From an uncultured Rhodobacterales bacterium (GTDB lineage: Bacteria; Pseudomonadota; Alphaproteobacteria; Rhodobacterales; Rhodobacteraceae): a DNA stretch of 43,324 nt. Positions 27,374-35,958 of the stretch are shown here, in pieces. The DNA is taken from NCBI GenBank assembly GCA_964473055.1, contig CAYYOE010000001.1:1-43324 (forward strand), in the 5' to 3' direction. A program made the translations under genes and the position numbers. The notes under the pieces are model-generated. The model searched no databases. It was not told the DNA's origin and worked only from the letters and a program-made list of their open reading frames with translations. The stretch's first letter is position 1. Each line of letters begins with the position of its first letter.

Positions 27374-27391
27374 TGTATCCACTCGTATACA
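27374..27391. promoter_or_regulatory. Candidate GntR-type operator in the divergent prpF/abrB-like intergenic region (TGTAT-N8-ATACA, containing tcGTATACac)
   Basis: The only AT-rich patch in the 79-bp divergent intergenic region. The core GTATAC fits the generic GntR half-site arrangement GT-Nx-AC. Confidence 0.3.
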
Positions 27392-27424
27392 CACGGATGC
27401 AACAGCTTTCTGCGAGTCCCGCCG

Positions 27425-28468
27425 ATGCTTGCCCGGATCCTCGACACCGCCATGCTGACGACGCTGGCCATTGCCCTGGCAGGGGCGGGGGCCTTCTGGC
27501 TGGCCGGGCTGCCGCTGCCGTTCCTGTTCGGGCCGATGGCGGCCGGCCTGGCCGCCGCGCTGGCGGGCGTGCGGCTGCGCGGCACCGGACAGGTGGGGGT
27601 GGGGATGCGGACGATCCTGGGCCTGGCAGTCGGGGCCGCGATCACCCCGGCGCTTCTGGCGCAACTGCCGGTGATGGCGCTGACGCTGGTGCTGGTGCCG
27701 GCCTATGTCGCGCTGATCGGGCTGATCGGGGTGCCATACTTTCGCCGGCTCTGGGGTTTCGACCGGGTGACGAGCTATTACGCCGCGATGCCGGGCGGAT
27801 TGCAGGACATGGTGATCTTCGGCATCGAGGCCGGTGGCGACGGACGGGCCCTGTCGCTGATCCACGCCACCCGCGTCCTGATCATCGTGACCCTGGCGCC
27901 GGTCCTGCTGGTCGCGACCCAGGGCATCACGCTGGACGCGCCCATCGGTGCCCCGGCCCGCGACCTGCCGCCGGTCGAGATGCTGATCCTCGTGGTCGCG
28001 GCACTTGTCGGCTGGAAGGGGGGCGAGCGCATCGGGCTGTTCGGCGCCTCGATCCTCGGGCCGATGATCGTGGCCGCCGCGCTGTCGCTGACCGACATCC
28101 TGCACACCCGGCCCCCGGCCGAAGCGATCAACACCGCCCAGGTCTTCATCGGCATGTCGATCGGCGTCTACTTCAGCGGCATCACCTGGCGCGAACTTGG
28201 CCGCGACGTGGCCGCCGGGGCGGTGTTCGCGGTGATCCTTGCAGCGCTGGCGGCGGGATTCATGGCCCTGGCCATGACCTGGGGCGACGCGCCGGGGGTC
28301 GAGACGTTCCTGGCCTTCGCACCGGGCGGGCAGGCGGAAATGGCGGTGCTGGCCATCGTCATCGGGGCGGACCTGGGCTTTGTCGTGCTGCACCATGTGG
28401 CCCGGATCGTCCTGGTGATCACCGGCGCGCCCATCGTCGCGCACCTGGCCTTGCGGAGGACAGAATGA
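27425..28468 (+). CDS. AbrB-family (Gneg_AbrB_dup / 'putative ammonia monooxygenase') duplicated membrane protein, possible transporter
   Basis: A 347-aa polytopic protein with an internal duplication and the motif YYAAMPGGLQDMVIFGIEAGGD, repeated as FLAFAPGGQAEMAVLAIVIGAD. The start was trimmed to MLARILDT (27425). Confidence 0.85.
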   Translation: MLARILDTAMLTTLAIALAGAGAFWLAGLPLPFLFGPMAAGLAAALAGVRLRGTGQVGVGMRTILGLAVGAAITPALLAQLPVMALTLVLVPAYVALIGLIGVPYFRRLWGFDRVTSYYAAMPGGLQDMVIFGIEAGGDGRALSLIHATRVLIIVTLAPVLLVATQGITLDAPIGAPARDLPPVEMLILVVAALVGWKGGERIGLFGASILGPMIVAAALSLTDILHTRPPAEAINTAQVFIGMSIGVYFSGITWRELGRDVAAGAVFAVILAALAAGFMALAMTWGDAPGVETFLAFAPGGQAEMAVLAIVIGADLGFVVLHHVARIVLVITGAPIVAHLALRRTE

Positions 28469-29430
28469 GGATCGCGGTTCTGGACGACTACGCGCGGGCG
28501 GCGCTGCGGCTGGCGGACTGGTCCGGGCTGGGCGAGGTCACGGTGTTTTCCGACACCCTGGCCGACGAGGACGCGCTGGCCGCCCGGCTGGCGCCCTTCG
28601 ACGTGGTCTGCCTGATGCGCGAGCGCACGCCGATGCCCGCCCGCCTGATCGCGCGCCTGCCGGACTTGCGGCTGATCGTGACAACCGGCCCGCGCAACGC
28701 CGCCATCGACAGCGCGGCGGCGGCAGCGCGGGGGATGACGGTCTGCGGTACGCCGTCGCGCAAGACCACCACGGCGGAACTGACGCTGCTGCTGATCCTG
28801 GCGCTGAACCGGCGGCTGATCCCCGAAGTGACAAGCCTGCGCGCGGGGGGCTGGCAGGCCGGGCTGGGGCGGGATCTGCACGGGCTGCGGCTGGGTCTGG
28901 TCGGGCTCGGCCAGATCGGGGGGCAGGTCGCGGCGCTGGGCCGGGCACTGGGGATGGAGGTCGCCGCCTGGTCGCCGAACCTGACGGCAGGGCGCGCGGC
29001 CGAGGTCGGCGCAGACCTCGCGCCGTCGCTGACCGGGCTGATGGCGGCGGCGGATGTCGTGTCGGTTCACATGGTGCTGTCGGACCGGACGCGCGGCCTG
29101 ATCGGCGCGACCGCGTTTGCGGCGATGAAACCCGGCGCGGTGTTCGTCAATACCTCGCGCGCGGGGCTGATCGACACCTCGGCACTGCTGTCGGCCCTGC
29201 GCGCCGGGCGGCCCTGGGCGGCGGCGCTGGATGTCTTCGACACCGAGCCGCTGCCCGCGGACGATCCGCTGAACGATTCCGCGCTGCAGGATGCGGGCCG
29301 ACTGCTGCTGACCCCGCACCTCGGCTACGCGACCGAGGCGACCTTTGCGCTCTTCTACCGCGAGACGGTGGCCGCGATCCGCGCCTGGCAGGCGGGCCGC
29401 CCGATCCGGGTGATCGCCGCTCCCGCCTGA
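28465..29430 (+). CDS. D-isomer-specific 2-hydroxyacid dehydrogenase family protein (NAD-binding)
   Basis: Only the last 321 codons of ORF 26350..29430 are real. It starts MRIAVLDDY..., has the Rossmann motif GLVGLGQIGGQVA, and carries SVHMVLSDRTRGLIG, FVNTSRAGLID and LDVFDTEPLP...TPHLGY. ATGA overlaps the upstream stop, with a GGAGGA Shine-Dalgarno. Confidence 0.9.
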   Translation: MRIAVLDDYARAALRLADWSGLGEVTVFSDTLADEDALAARLAPFDVVCLMRERTPMPARLIARLPDLRLIVTTGPRNAAIDSAAAAARGMTVCGTPSRKTTTAELTLLLILALNRRLIPEVTSLRAGGWQAGLGRDLHGLRLGLVGLGQIGGQVAALGRALGMEVAAWSPNLTAGRAAEVGADLAPSLTGLMAAADVVSVHMVLSDRTRGLIGATAFAAMKPGAVFVNTSRAGLIDTSALLSALRAGRPWAAALDVFDTEPLPADDPLNDSALQDAGRLLLTPHLGYATEATFALFYRETVAAIRAWQAGRPIRVIAAPA

Positions 29431-29449
29431 CGGCCGCTCGGGGGGCACC

Positions 29450-30847
29450 TCAGGCCGCGCTGCGCTCCATGGGCAGGGTCAGGTCCATCCGGCAGCCGGA
29501 CGTGGTATTCTCGGCGATCTGCAGGTCTCCACCGGCAGCCCGCGCCACGGCCCGGGCGATGGGCAACCCGAGACCGCAGCCCTGCCCGCCATCGTCGGCC
29601 AGTCGCACGAAGCGCTCGAACACCGCCGCGCGGCGGTCGGGCGGGATGCCGGGGCCGTCGTCGGCGACGCTCAGCCGCGCCACCGGGCCCCGGGCCGTCA
29701 GCGTCACCACGATCTGCCCACCGGGCCGGGCGCCATAGGTCAGGGCATTGTCGATGAGGTTGTCCACCGCTTCGGCCACCAGCAACGGATCGGCCCGCAC
29801 CGGCAGCGGACTGTCCGGGGCATCCAGCGCCAGTTCGACATCCGCGGCCACAGCACGCGGCCCATGGCGGCGCGCGACCTCGACGGCAATGGCGTGCAGG
29901 TCGGCGGGGCTTGCACCGGAATCGGGGCGGGTATGGGTGGCGATGTCATGGCGCAGCAGCTGCCGGGTGATCCGCGACAGGCGCGCGGCGGCGTCCGACA
30001 GATCGGCCAGCCGTGCCGCGCGGGCGGCGGGATCGGGGGTGGACAGCGCCGCCTCTGCCTGGGCCTGGATCGCCGCCACGGGGTTGCGCAACTGGTGCGC
30101 GGCATTGGCGATGAAGGCGTCGCGGCGGTCGAGCTCTGCCGTCAGCCGCGCGAACAGGGCGTTGATCGTGGCGACCAGCGCCTGCGCCTCGGCGGGCACG
30201 GCGCGGCGGATCGGCTGCAGGTCCTGTTCGGAACGGCGCGCCACGGCGTCGCGCAACTCGGTCAGCGGGCGCAGGCCCAGCGCGATCCCGGTCCAGACCA
30301 GCGCCGCCGCAGCGGACAGAAGCCCCCCCAGGATCATCGCCGTCTCGGTCAGCAACTGCAGTCCGACCGCTTCGCGCCGGCCGAGCGTCTGCCACACCGT
30401 CACCGTGGTCCAGCCGTCGATGTCGGGGTCGGCGATGAACTCGCGCATGCTGACCGCGCGCACCGGGCGACCGTCATAGGTAGCGTCGTGGAACACCGGA
30501 CTTCCGCCCGGCAGGTCGAGCCCGGTGGGCAGGGGCGGCGCGTCGGAGTGCCCGGTGATCACCCGTCCGTTGGCCGCGCGCACATGGTAGAAGATCGGGT
30601 CGCCCAGCGCGCCGATCAGGCTGTCCATCAGCGCGTCGGCCAGGACATCGCCCTGCGTCAGCACGACTTCGCGCGCCACGGCATGGGCTACCACCGTCAG
30701 CGTGTCGTCGTGCAGCCGGTGCGACAGGTCGAGCGCCAGCCGGTAGCGCACGGTCCCCGCCGCCAGCGCGATCAGCACGAGCGGACCCATGATCATCAGG
30801 AACAGCCGTCGGCGCAGGTTGGGTGCCGGGGCAGGCAATGACGTCAT
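29450..30847 (-). CDS. Sensor histidine kinase (TctE-like)
   Basis: The C-terminal 465 codons of the composite 1109-aa ORF. It has two TM segments flanking a periplasmic domain, the H-box FIANAAHQLRNPVAAI, the N-box DNLIDNALTY and the G-boxes DDGPGIP and GCGLGLPIA. ATGA overlaps the response-regulator stop. Confidence 0.88.
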   Translation of the reverse strand: MTSLPAPAPNLRRRLFLMIMGPLVLIALAAGTVRYRLALDLSHRLHDDTLTVVAHAVAREVVLTQGDVLADALMDSLIGALGDPIFYHVRAANGRVITGHSDAPPLPTGLDLPGGSPVFHDATYDGRPVRAVSMREFIADPDIDGWTTVTVWQTLGRREAVGLQLLTETAMILGGLLSAAAALVWTGIALGLRPLTELRDAVARRSEQDLQPIRRAVPAEAQALVATINALFARLTAELDRRDAFIANAAHQLRNPVAAIQAQAEAALSTPDPAARAARLADLSDAAARLSRITRQLLRHDIATHTRPDSGASPADLHAIAVEVARRHGPRAVAADVELALDAPDSPLPVRADPLLVAEAVDNLIDNALTYGARPGGQIVVTLTARGPVARLSVADDGPGIPPDRRAAVFERFVRLADDGGQGCGLGLPIARAVARAAGGDLQIAENTTSGCRMDLTLPMERSAA

Positions 30848-31512
30848 CCCGAGACCCGCATCAGATAGCCCAGCCCGCGCAGTGTCCGGATCTCGACCCC
30901 GGTGCCCGACAGCTTCTTGCGCAGCCGCGACACCTGCAGTTCCACCGCGTTCTCTTCGACATCTGCCCCGGTTCCATACAGCCGGGCGCTGAGTGTCTCC
31001 TTTCCCACGACCTGCCCGGCCCGGTCGAGCAGCGCCTCGAACAGGGCCAGTTCGCGCCGTCCGAGTGCAATCTCGCCTTCGGGGCCGGTCAGAATGCGAC
31101 CGGTTCGGTCGAAGACGAGCGCGCCGAAACTCTCCGCCGCCGGGCGCATCTGGCCGCTGCGGCGGCCCAGCGCGCGGACCCGGGCCAGCAGTTCGTCCAT
31201 TTCGAAGGGCTTGGTCAGGTAGTCGTCGGCCCCCGCATCCAGCCCCGCCACCCGGTCGCCCGGTCCGTCGCGCGCAGTCAGCGCCAGGACCGGCAGCGTG
31301 GCCCCGGCCGCGCGCAACTCGCGCAGGATCTCGATCCCGTCGCGACCGGGCAGGTTCAGATCGAGGATCGCGAGATCGGGCGGATCGGCGCGCAGCCATT
31401 CCGCCGCGTCGCTGCCCCCATCGAGCCAGTCCACGCCATGCCCCTGATCGCCGAGGGTCTGCACCAGCGCCCGCGCCAGGATGGCGTTGTCCTCGATCAC
31501 GACGATGCGCAA
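30844..31512 (-). CDS. OmpR-family response regulator (TctD-like)
   Basis: The receiver domain MRIVVIEDN...DLAILDLNLPGRDG...LTARD...YLTKPF is followed by a winged-helix output domain (VELQVSRLRKKL...TLRGLGY). Confidence 0.92.
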   Translation of the reverse strand: MRIVVIEDNAILARALVQTLGDQGHGVDWLDGGSDAAEWLRADPPDLAILDLNLPGRDGIEILRELRAAGATLPVLALTARDGPGDRVAGLDAGADDYLTKPFEMDELLARVRALGRRSGQMRPAAESFGALVFDRTGRILTGPEGEIALGRRELALFEALLDRAGQVVGKETLSARLYGTGADVEENAVELQVSRLRKKLSGTGVEIRTLRGLGYLMRVSG

Positions 31513-31633
31513 GCACGTTCCCCCAGGTCGGCGTCGCCGGATGACAGCTTACGGACAGGTTCGCGGGATAGAAAGCGGTGATCCGGTCCGACCAGAGCCA
31601 AGAGGCCGGGGACTGAACGACAGGGAGGACGAC

Positions 31634-32737
31634 ATGACCGACACAACCCTCACCCGCCGCGGGGCGATGGCGCTTGGCGCCGGGGCCGCGGGCGCACTGC
31701 TGGTTCCGGCCACGGCCCGGGCGCAGACCGATTTCTCGGGGCGGACCATCGAATGGATCATCCCCTTCGCCACAGGCGGCGGATCGGACACCTGGGCGCG
31801 GTTCAACGCGCCGTTCCTGTCGCGCCACCTGCCGGGCAATCCGACGGTCGTGGTGGTGAACGAGCCGGGCGGCGGATCGACCCGGGGCACCAACCTGTTC
31901 GCGCAGCGCGCCCGACCCGACGGTCTGACGATCCTGGGCACCTCGGGGTCTACCCAGTTCCCTTATCTCCTCGGCGATCCGCGCGTGCGCTACGAATACC
32001 AGGACTGGTCGGTGGTGATGGTCGGGCCGACCGGCGGGGTCGCCTATTGCTCGCCCTCGACCGGGGTCTCGTCGGCGGACGAGATGGCGAACCTGCGCGG
32101 CCAGCGGCTGGTCTATGCCAGCCAGGGGGCGACCTCGCTCGATCTGGTGCCGATGCTCGCGTTCCGGCTCCTTGGCTTTGACGTGCAGTATGTCTTCGGC
32201 TTCCAGGGCCGCGGCGACGGGCGCCTGGCCTTCGAGCGGGGCGAGGTCAACATCGATTACCAGACCTCGTCGGCCTACATCCGCAACGTGACGCCGCTGG
32301 TCGAACAGGGAACGGCGGTGCCGCTGATGTCCTGGGGGGTGCTGGATGCCGAGGGCACGCCAATGCGCGACCCGACCTTCCCCGATCTGCCGATCGTCGA
32401 GGAAATCTACGAGATGATCAACGGCGCGCCCCCGTCCGGCCCGCTGTATGACGCGTTCAAGGCCTTCAACGTCGCGGGCTTTGCGGCGCAGAAGATGGTC
32501 TGTCTGCCGCGTGGCACCTCCGAGGACATCGTCGAGACCTACCGCGCAGCCTGGCGGGCGGTATTCCAGGACCCGGAATACCTGGCCACCTACGAGGAGG
32601 CCCTCGGTAGCTACGAACAGGTGACCGACGAGGCCGCCGAGGCGCTGTTCCGCGCGGGCACCACCATCGACCCCGAGGTGCGGGCGATGGTCGTGAGCAT
32701 GCTGTCGGACGAATACAACGTCAGCCTCGGCGACTAG
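31634..32737 (+). CDS. Periplasmic substrate-binding protein, divergent TctC/Bug-like, with a twin-arginine-type signal peptide
   Basis: MTDTTLTRRGAMALGAGAAGALLVPATARA, then IEWIIPFATGGGSDTWARF (compare the Bug motif P...GG..D). A GGGAGG Shine-Dalgarno lies 5 nt upstream of ATG 31634. It sits directly upstream of a TctA-type permease. Confidence 0.78.
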   Translation: MTDTTLTRRGAMALGAGAAGALLVPATARAQTDFSGRTIEWIIPFATGGGSDTWARFNAPFLSRHLPGNPTVVVVNEPGGGSTRGTNLFAQRARPDGLTILGTSGSTQFPYLLGDPRVRYEYQDWSVVMVGPTGGVAYCSPSTGVSSADEMANLRGQRLVYASQGATSLDLVPMLAFRLLGFDVQYVFGFQGRGDGRLAFERGEVNIDYQTSSAYIRNVTPLVEQGTAVPLMSWGVLDAEGTPMRDPTFPDLPIVEEIYEMINGAPPSGPLYDAFKAFNVAGFAAQKMVCLPRGTSEDIVETYRAAWRAVFQDPEYLATYEEALGSYEQVTDEAAEALFRAGTTIDPEVRAMVVSMLSDEYNVSLGD

Positions 32738-32759
32738 GCCCGGCGGCCCGACCGGCCCG

Positions 32760-32777
32760 GGGGCGGCGCGCCGCCCC
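32760..32777. other. Perfect 18-nt GC palindrome GGGGCGGCGCGCCGCCCC between the binding-protein and permease genes
   Basis: Read directly. An intercistronic stem-loop with no U-tract. Confidence 0.5.
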
Positions 32778-32844
32778 ACCGTGGCCCCGTCCCGGTCTGC
32801 GCCCGCAGGCCGGGATCAGTTCCCTGCCCGGCGGAGGAGCCGCG

Positions 32845-34851
32845 ATGATCGATGTGCTGTTCTCGGCGCTCGCCGATGTCCTGACCTTCCAGCACCTGGG
32901 CTACATGATGATCGGGGTCGTTGTCGGCCTGATGATCGGTGTGTTCCCGGGGCTGGGCGGGATCGCCGGTCTGTCGCTGATGATGCCGTTCCTCTACGGG
33001 ATGGACACGACATCGGCCCTGGCGATGCTGGTCGGGCTGGTGGCGGTGATCCCCACGTCCGACACCTTTGCCAGCGTGTTGATGGGGATACCCGGATCGT
33101 CAGCCAGCCAGGCGACGGTGCTGGACGGGTTTCCGCTGGCGAAACAGGGTCAGGCCGCCCGCGCCCTGTCGGCAGCGTTCTTCGCCTCGCTCGTCGGCGG
33201 GCTGATTGGCGCGGTGATCCTGACCGGCTTCGTGCTGATCGCGCGGCCGCTGATCCTGGCGTTCAGTTCGGCGGAACTGTTCATGCTGTCGGTCTTCGGC
33301 CTGTCCATGGTGGGGGTGCTTGCGGGCAAGTCGCTGGTCAAGGGGATCGCCGCCTGCGGGCTCGGCCTTGTCATCGGGTCGATCGGCGGAGCGCCCGCGA
33401 CGGGCGAGTTCCGCATGGTCTTCGGGGTCGATTATCTCTATGACGGCATTCCCCTTGTGGTGGTCGGGCTGGGGCTGTTTGCCGTGCCCGAGATCGTGGA
33501 CCTGTTGCGCCGCGACCAGGCCATCGCGGGGACGCGCGGACTGGGCGCGGGCTGGTTTCAGGGCATCCGGGACGTGGCCGCCAACTGGTGGCTGACGCTG
33601 CGCTGTTCGGGGATCGGGGCGCTGATCGGGGCGATCCCGGGGCTGGGCGGCACGGTGGTCGACTGGATCGCCTACGGCCACGCCGTCCAGACGGTGAAGA
33701 ACGATCCGCAGTTCGGCAAGGGCGACATCCGCGGCGTGATCGCGCCGGAATCGGCCAACAACGCAAAGGAGGGCGGCGGGCTGTTGCCGACCCTTCTGTT
33801 CGGGATCCCGGGGGGCGGCGCCATGGCGGTGTTCCTGGGCGGAATGGTCCTGCTCGGCATCCAGCCGGGGCCCTCGATGGTGGGCGCGAACCTCGATGTT
33901 ACCTACAAGATCGTCTGGTCGCTGGCGCTGGCCAACGTGCTGGGCGCGGGGCTGTGCATCATCCTGGCCGTCCCGATCTCGCGCCTGACGCTGATCCCGT
34001 TCAAGCTGCTCGCGCCCTTCATGATCGTCGTCGTCTGCTTCGCGGCCTTCCAGGCCACGCGCACGCTGGACGACCTGATCGCGCTTCTGGCACTGGGGGT
34101 CCTTGGCATCTACATGCGGCGCTTCGGCTGGCCGCGCCCGGCGCTTCTGATCGGCTTCGTGCTGGCGACCCAGGCCGAGACCTACCTCTACCAGGCCGTC
34201 CAGTTCTACGGCTGGGAATTCCTGACCCGGACCGGCGTCATGATCATCATCGGGCTGACCGCGGGCTCGATCTGGCTGGGTCTGCGCGCCCGCGTCACCG
34301 AGACCGCGCCCGAGGACGAACCGGCCGAGGTCCTGCATCGCGTCACCGGGGTCGGCGGCAACGTCGCCGACCGCTGGCCCCAGCTTCTGTTCGCGGCCGT
34401 CGCGCTGGTCGTCTTTGCCGTGGCGATCCACGATGCGCTGGGACAGTCCTTCCTCGGGCAGGTCTTCCCGCTGATCATGGCCTCGGCCGGTGCCCTGTTC
34501 ACGGTGACCCTGATCCTGTTCCTGGTGCTCGCTCCGCAGGGCCATGCGACTGCGGTGGACCTGGAAAGCGGGCGGCCGGGCGCAGCGCAGGCCGGGCTCC
34601 GGTCGGTGCCGAGCAGCCTGGCCTGGGTGGCCGGGCTGGTGGCGCTGACCGCGCTGGTGGGGTTTTTCGCGGCGCTGGTGGTGTTCTTTGTCGCCTTCCT
34701 GAAGCTGCGGGCGCAGGCAACCTGGGCAATGACGGCGCTGCTGACCGCAGGCTGCGCCGGCTTCATCCTGACACTGGCCAATGCGCTGAACCTGCGCTTT
34801 CCCGGGGGCTGGTTGCAGGACCTGTATCGTCTGCCCTGGCCGTTCAGTTGA
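32845..34851 (+). CDS. Tripartite tricarboxylate transporter permease, TctA fused to a C-terminal TctB-like 4-TM domain
   Basis: A 668-aa protein. The first roughly 500 aa are TctA-like (GVFPGLGGIAGLSLMMPFLY, GAIPGLGGTVVDWIAYG, APESANNAKEGG). A charged linker (ETAPEDEPAEV) is followed by about 160 aa with four hydrophobic helices ending in LRFPGGWL, as in TctB proteins. Confidence 0.88.
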   Translation: MIDVLFSALADVLTFQHLGYMMIGVVVGLMIGVFPGLGGIAGLSLMMPFLYGMDTTSALAMLVGLVAVIPTSDTFASVLMGIPGSSASQATVLDGFPLAKQGQAARALSAAFFASLVGGLIGAVILTGFVLIARPLILAFSSAELFMLSVFGLSMVGVLAGKSLVKGIAACGLGLVIGSIGGAPATGEFRMVFGVDYLYDGIPLVVVGLGLFAVPEIVDLLRRDQAIAGTRGLGAGWFQGIRDVAANWWLTLRCSGIGALIGAIPGLGGTVVDWIAYGHAVQTVKNDPQFGKGDIRGVIAPESANNAKEGGGLLPTLLFGIPGGGAMAVFLGGMVLLGIQPGPSMVGANLDVTYKIVWSLALANVLGAGLCIILAVPISRLTLIPFKLLAPFMIVVVCFAAFQATRTLDDLIALLALGVLGIYMRRFGWPRPALLIGFVLATQAETYLYQAVQFYGWEFLTRTGVMIIIGLTAGSIWLGLRARVTETAPEDEPAEVLHRVTGVGGNVADRWPQLLFAAVALVVFAVAIHDALGQSFLGQVFPLIMASAGALFTVTLILFLVLAPQGHATAVDLESGRPGAAQAGLRSVPSSLAWVAGLVALTALVGFFAALVVFFVAFLKLRAQATWAMTALLTAGCAGFILTLANALNLRFPGGWLQDLYRLPWPFS

Positions 34852-35110
34852 GGCCACCAGCGACGAAACCTGCGCAGCAGCCCTGGTCGAGCCGCTTGGT
34901 GAACAGGCAGAACCCGTTTCCGTCCCGGAAGAGGATCTTCAGCATCCACGCCCTCTTGCCGCGGAAGGCAAACAGATGGCCCAAGAACGGCTCCTGCTTC
35001 AGCGCCTCCCGGAGCAGCATGACGAGCCCGTCGAGGCCCTTGCGCAACTATGGACGCCACCCGGATTGCAAGGGGATTTCCGGCCTTGTTCCTGGCAGGC
35101 TTGCAGCCAT
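34844..35110 (-). pseudogene. IS66-family TnpB (Orf2) remnant
   Basis: RKGLDGLVMLLREALKQEPFLGHLFAFRGKRAWMLKILFRDGNGFCLFTKRLDQG matches the conserved IS66 Orf2 core (RKGFDGL...DPFSGHLFVFRG.R.D.IKIL.WDG.G.CLF.KRLE.G). A stop and deletion precede it (IPLQSGWRP*). After KRLDQG the similarity continues only in a shifted frame (RFRRWWPQ). Confidence 0.75.
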
Positions 35111-35306
35111 CTATCCGACCTCTGATTGCAGCACGGGTCTGGCTGCGGGCCACCACGAGATCCGTTGAACCCTTGTCCCATCACATCGTCAAACTAGCGT
35201 CGCACGATGCGCAAACCGGGTTGATCGGGACCCGGTCTCGCCAGTCATGCCGAACAGCCCCATGCTTCGTGGACGCCTTCCTTGCCAACCTTGAGGCAAG
35301 GCGGCC

Positions 35307-35530
35307 ATGATGCGCACAGGCATTCTCACAGACGAGTTCAAGCGTGACGCGGTCGCGCAGATCACGGCGCGGGACTGCCCGACCAAGGAGGTTTCGGGGC
35401 GGATCGGGGTCGGCCAGCATTCGCTTCTGCCTGGATGCGCAAGTCCGGGAATCTGGAATGCGGGGCGCCGCGTTCTGCAATACCTCAGGAAAGACGGCGT
35501 AAACTACTGGACCGAATGGGCAACCCTCCC
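35307..35530 (+). pseudogene. IS3-family OrfA (HTH, transposase_8) remnant, frameshifted
   Basis: RTGILTDEFKRDAVAQITARDCPTKEVSGRIGVGQHSL resembles IS3 OrfA N-termini (F..EFKR.AV.....G.....V...LGV....L). The expected YAWKRK.. continuation appears only after a frame change (WMRKSGNLE), and no OrfB follows. Confidence 0.55.
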
Positions 35531-35817
35531 CGCCCCAGCGATCGCATCCCCGAAACTCGCGTGGCACCAAGATGCCTGACGATGCGGCCAAGGGGCGCGA
35601 ACAGGAACGACAGTGCGGCGCACAGATCATGGGCCCGCAGGTTGCGCGCAATGCGATCATAGTGATCATGGTCGATCGAGCCATCGGTGCGGCGGTGGAT
35701 GTCCGGTTCAGGCGCGGGCAGGCCGCTGCCGCCGCAATCCTGATCGGCCGCGGCACCGGCTCCGGGCATGTCAGCCCGGTCCCGCACCAGGGATGTTATG
35801 CTGAACGCGTCGTCCAT
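35485..35817 (-). CDS. Hypothetical small protein (possibly RSP_7527-like); uncertain
   Basis: MDDAFSITSLVRDRADMPGAG...SIDHDHYDRIARNLRAHDLCAALSFLFAPLGR. The first two thirds have good GC3 bias. The 'ID..Y..AR.LRA' pattern recalls a small alphaproteobacterial protein family. The 3' end has poor codon bias and may run into IS debris. Confidence 0.25.
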   Translation of the reverse strand: MDDAFSITSLVRDRADMPGAGAAADQDCGGSGLPAPEPDIHRRTDGSIDHDHYDRIARNLRAHDLCAALSFLFAPLGRIVRHLGATRVSGMRSLGRGGLPIRSSSLRRLS

Positions 35818-35958
35818 CTGCTGACACTCCCGTCTGTCCTGATAAGGTCCAGCATCGCGCCACCGCGCGGGCACGGCATGGTGCGGACGTCCCGAGGTGC
35901 CGAGAAAAAACGCCTCGGGCAGCGGGACAGGTGTCCCGCCAGCGCATTGGGCGCGGGA

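Noticed and set aside
26350-29430. A 1026-aa plus-strand ORF
   Set aside because: A composite. The first two thirds are out-of-frame or antisense to the PrpF and AbrB-like genes. Only the final 321 codons (28465..29430) encode a recognisable dehydrogenase with its own Shine-Dalgarno.
29450-32779. A 1109-aa minus-strand ORF that looks like a giant protein
   Set aside because: Only its last 465 codons (from MTSLPAP at 30847) form a coherent histidine kinase. The upstream part is Arg/Gly/Pro-rich antisense of the response regulator and of the plus-strand binding-protein gene, a high-GC open-frame artefact.
4274-35530. The idea that the IS3 OrfA fragment (35307..) and the IS3 OrfB fragment (4274..4681) are two halves of one IS split by a 30-kb insertion
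   Set aside because: Both are on the plus strand, but OrfB lies upstream of OrfA, the wrong order for a simple insertion. The putative termini share only TGAGG. They are more likely independent remnants.
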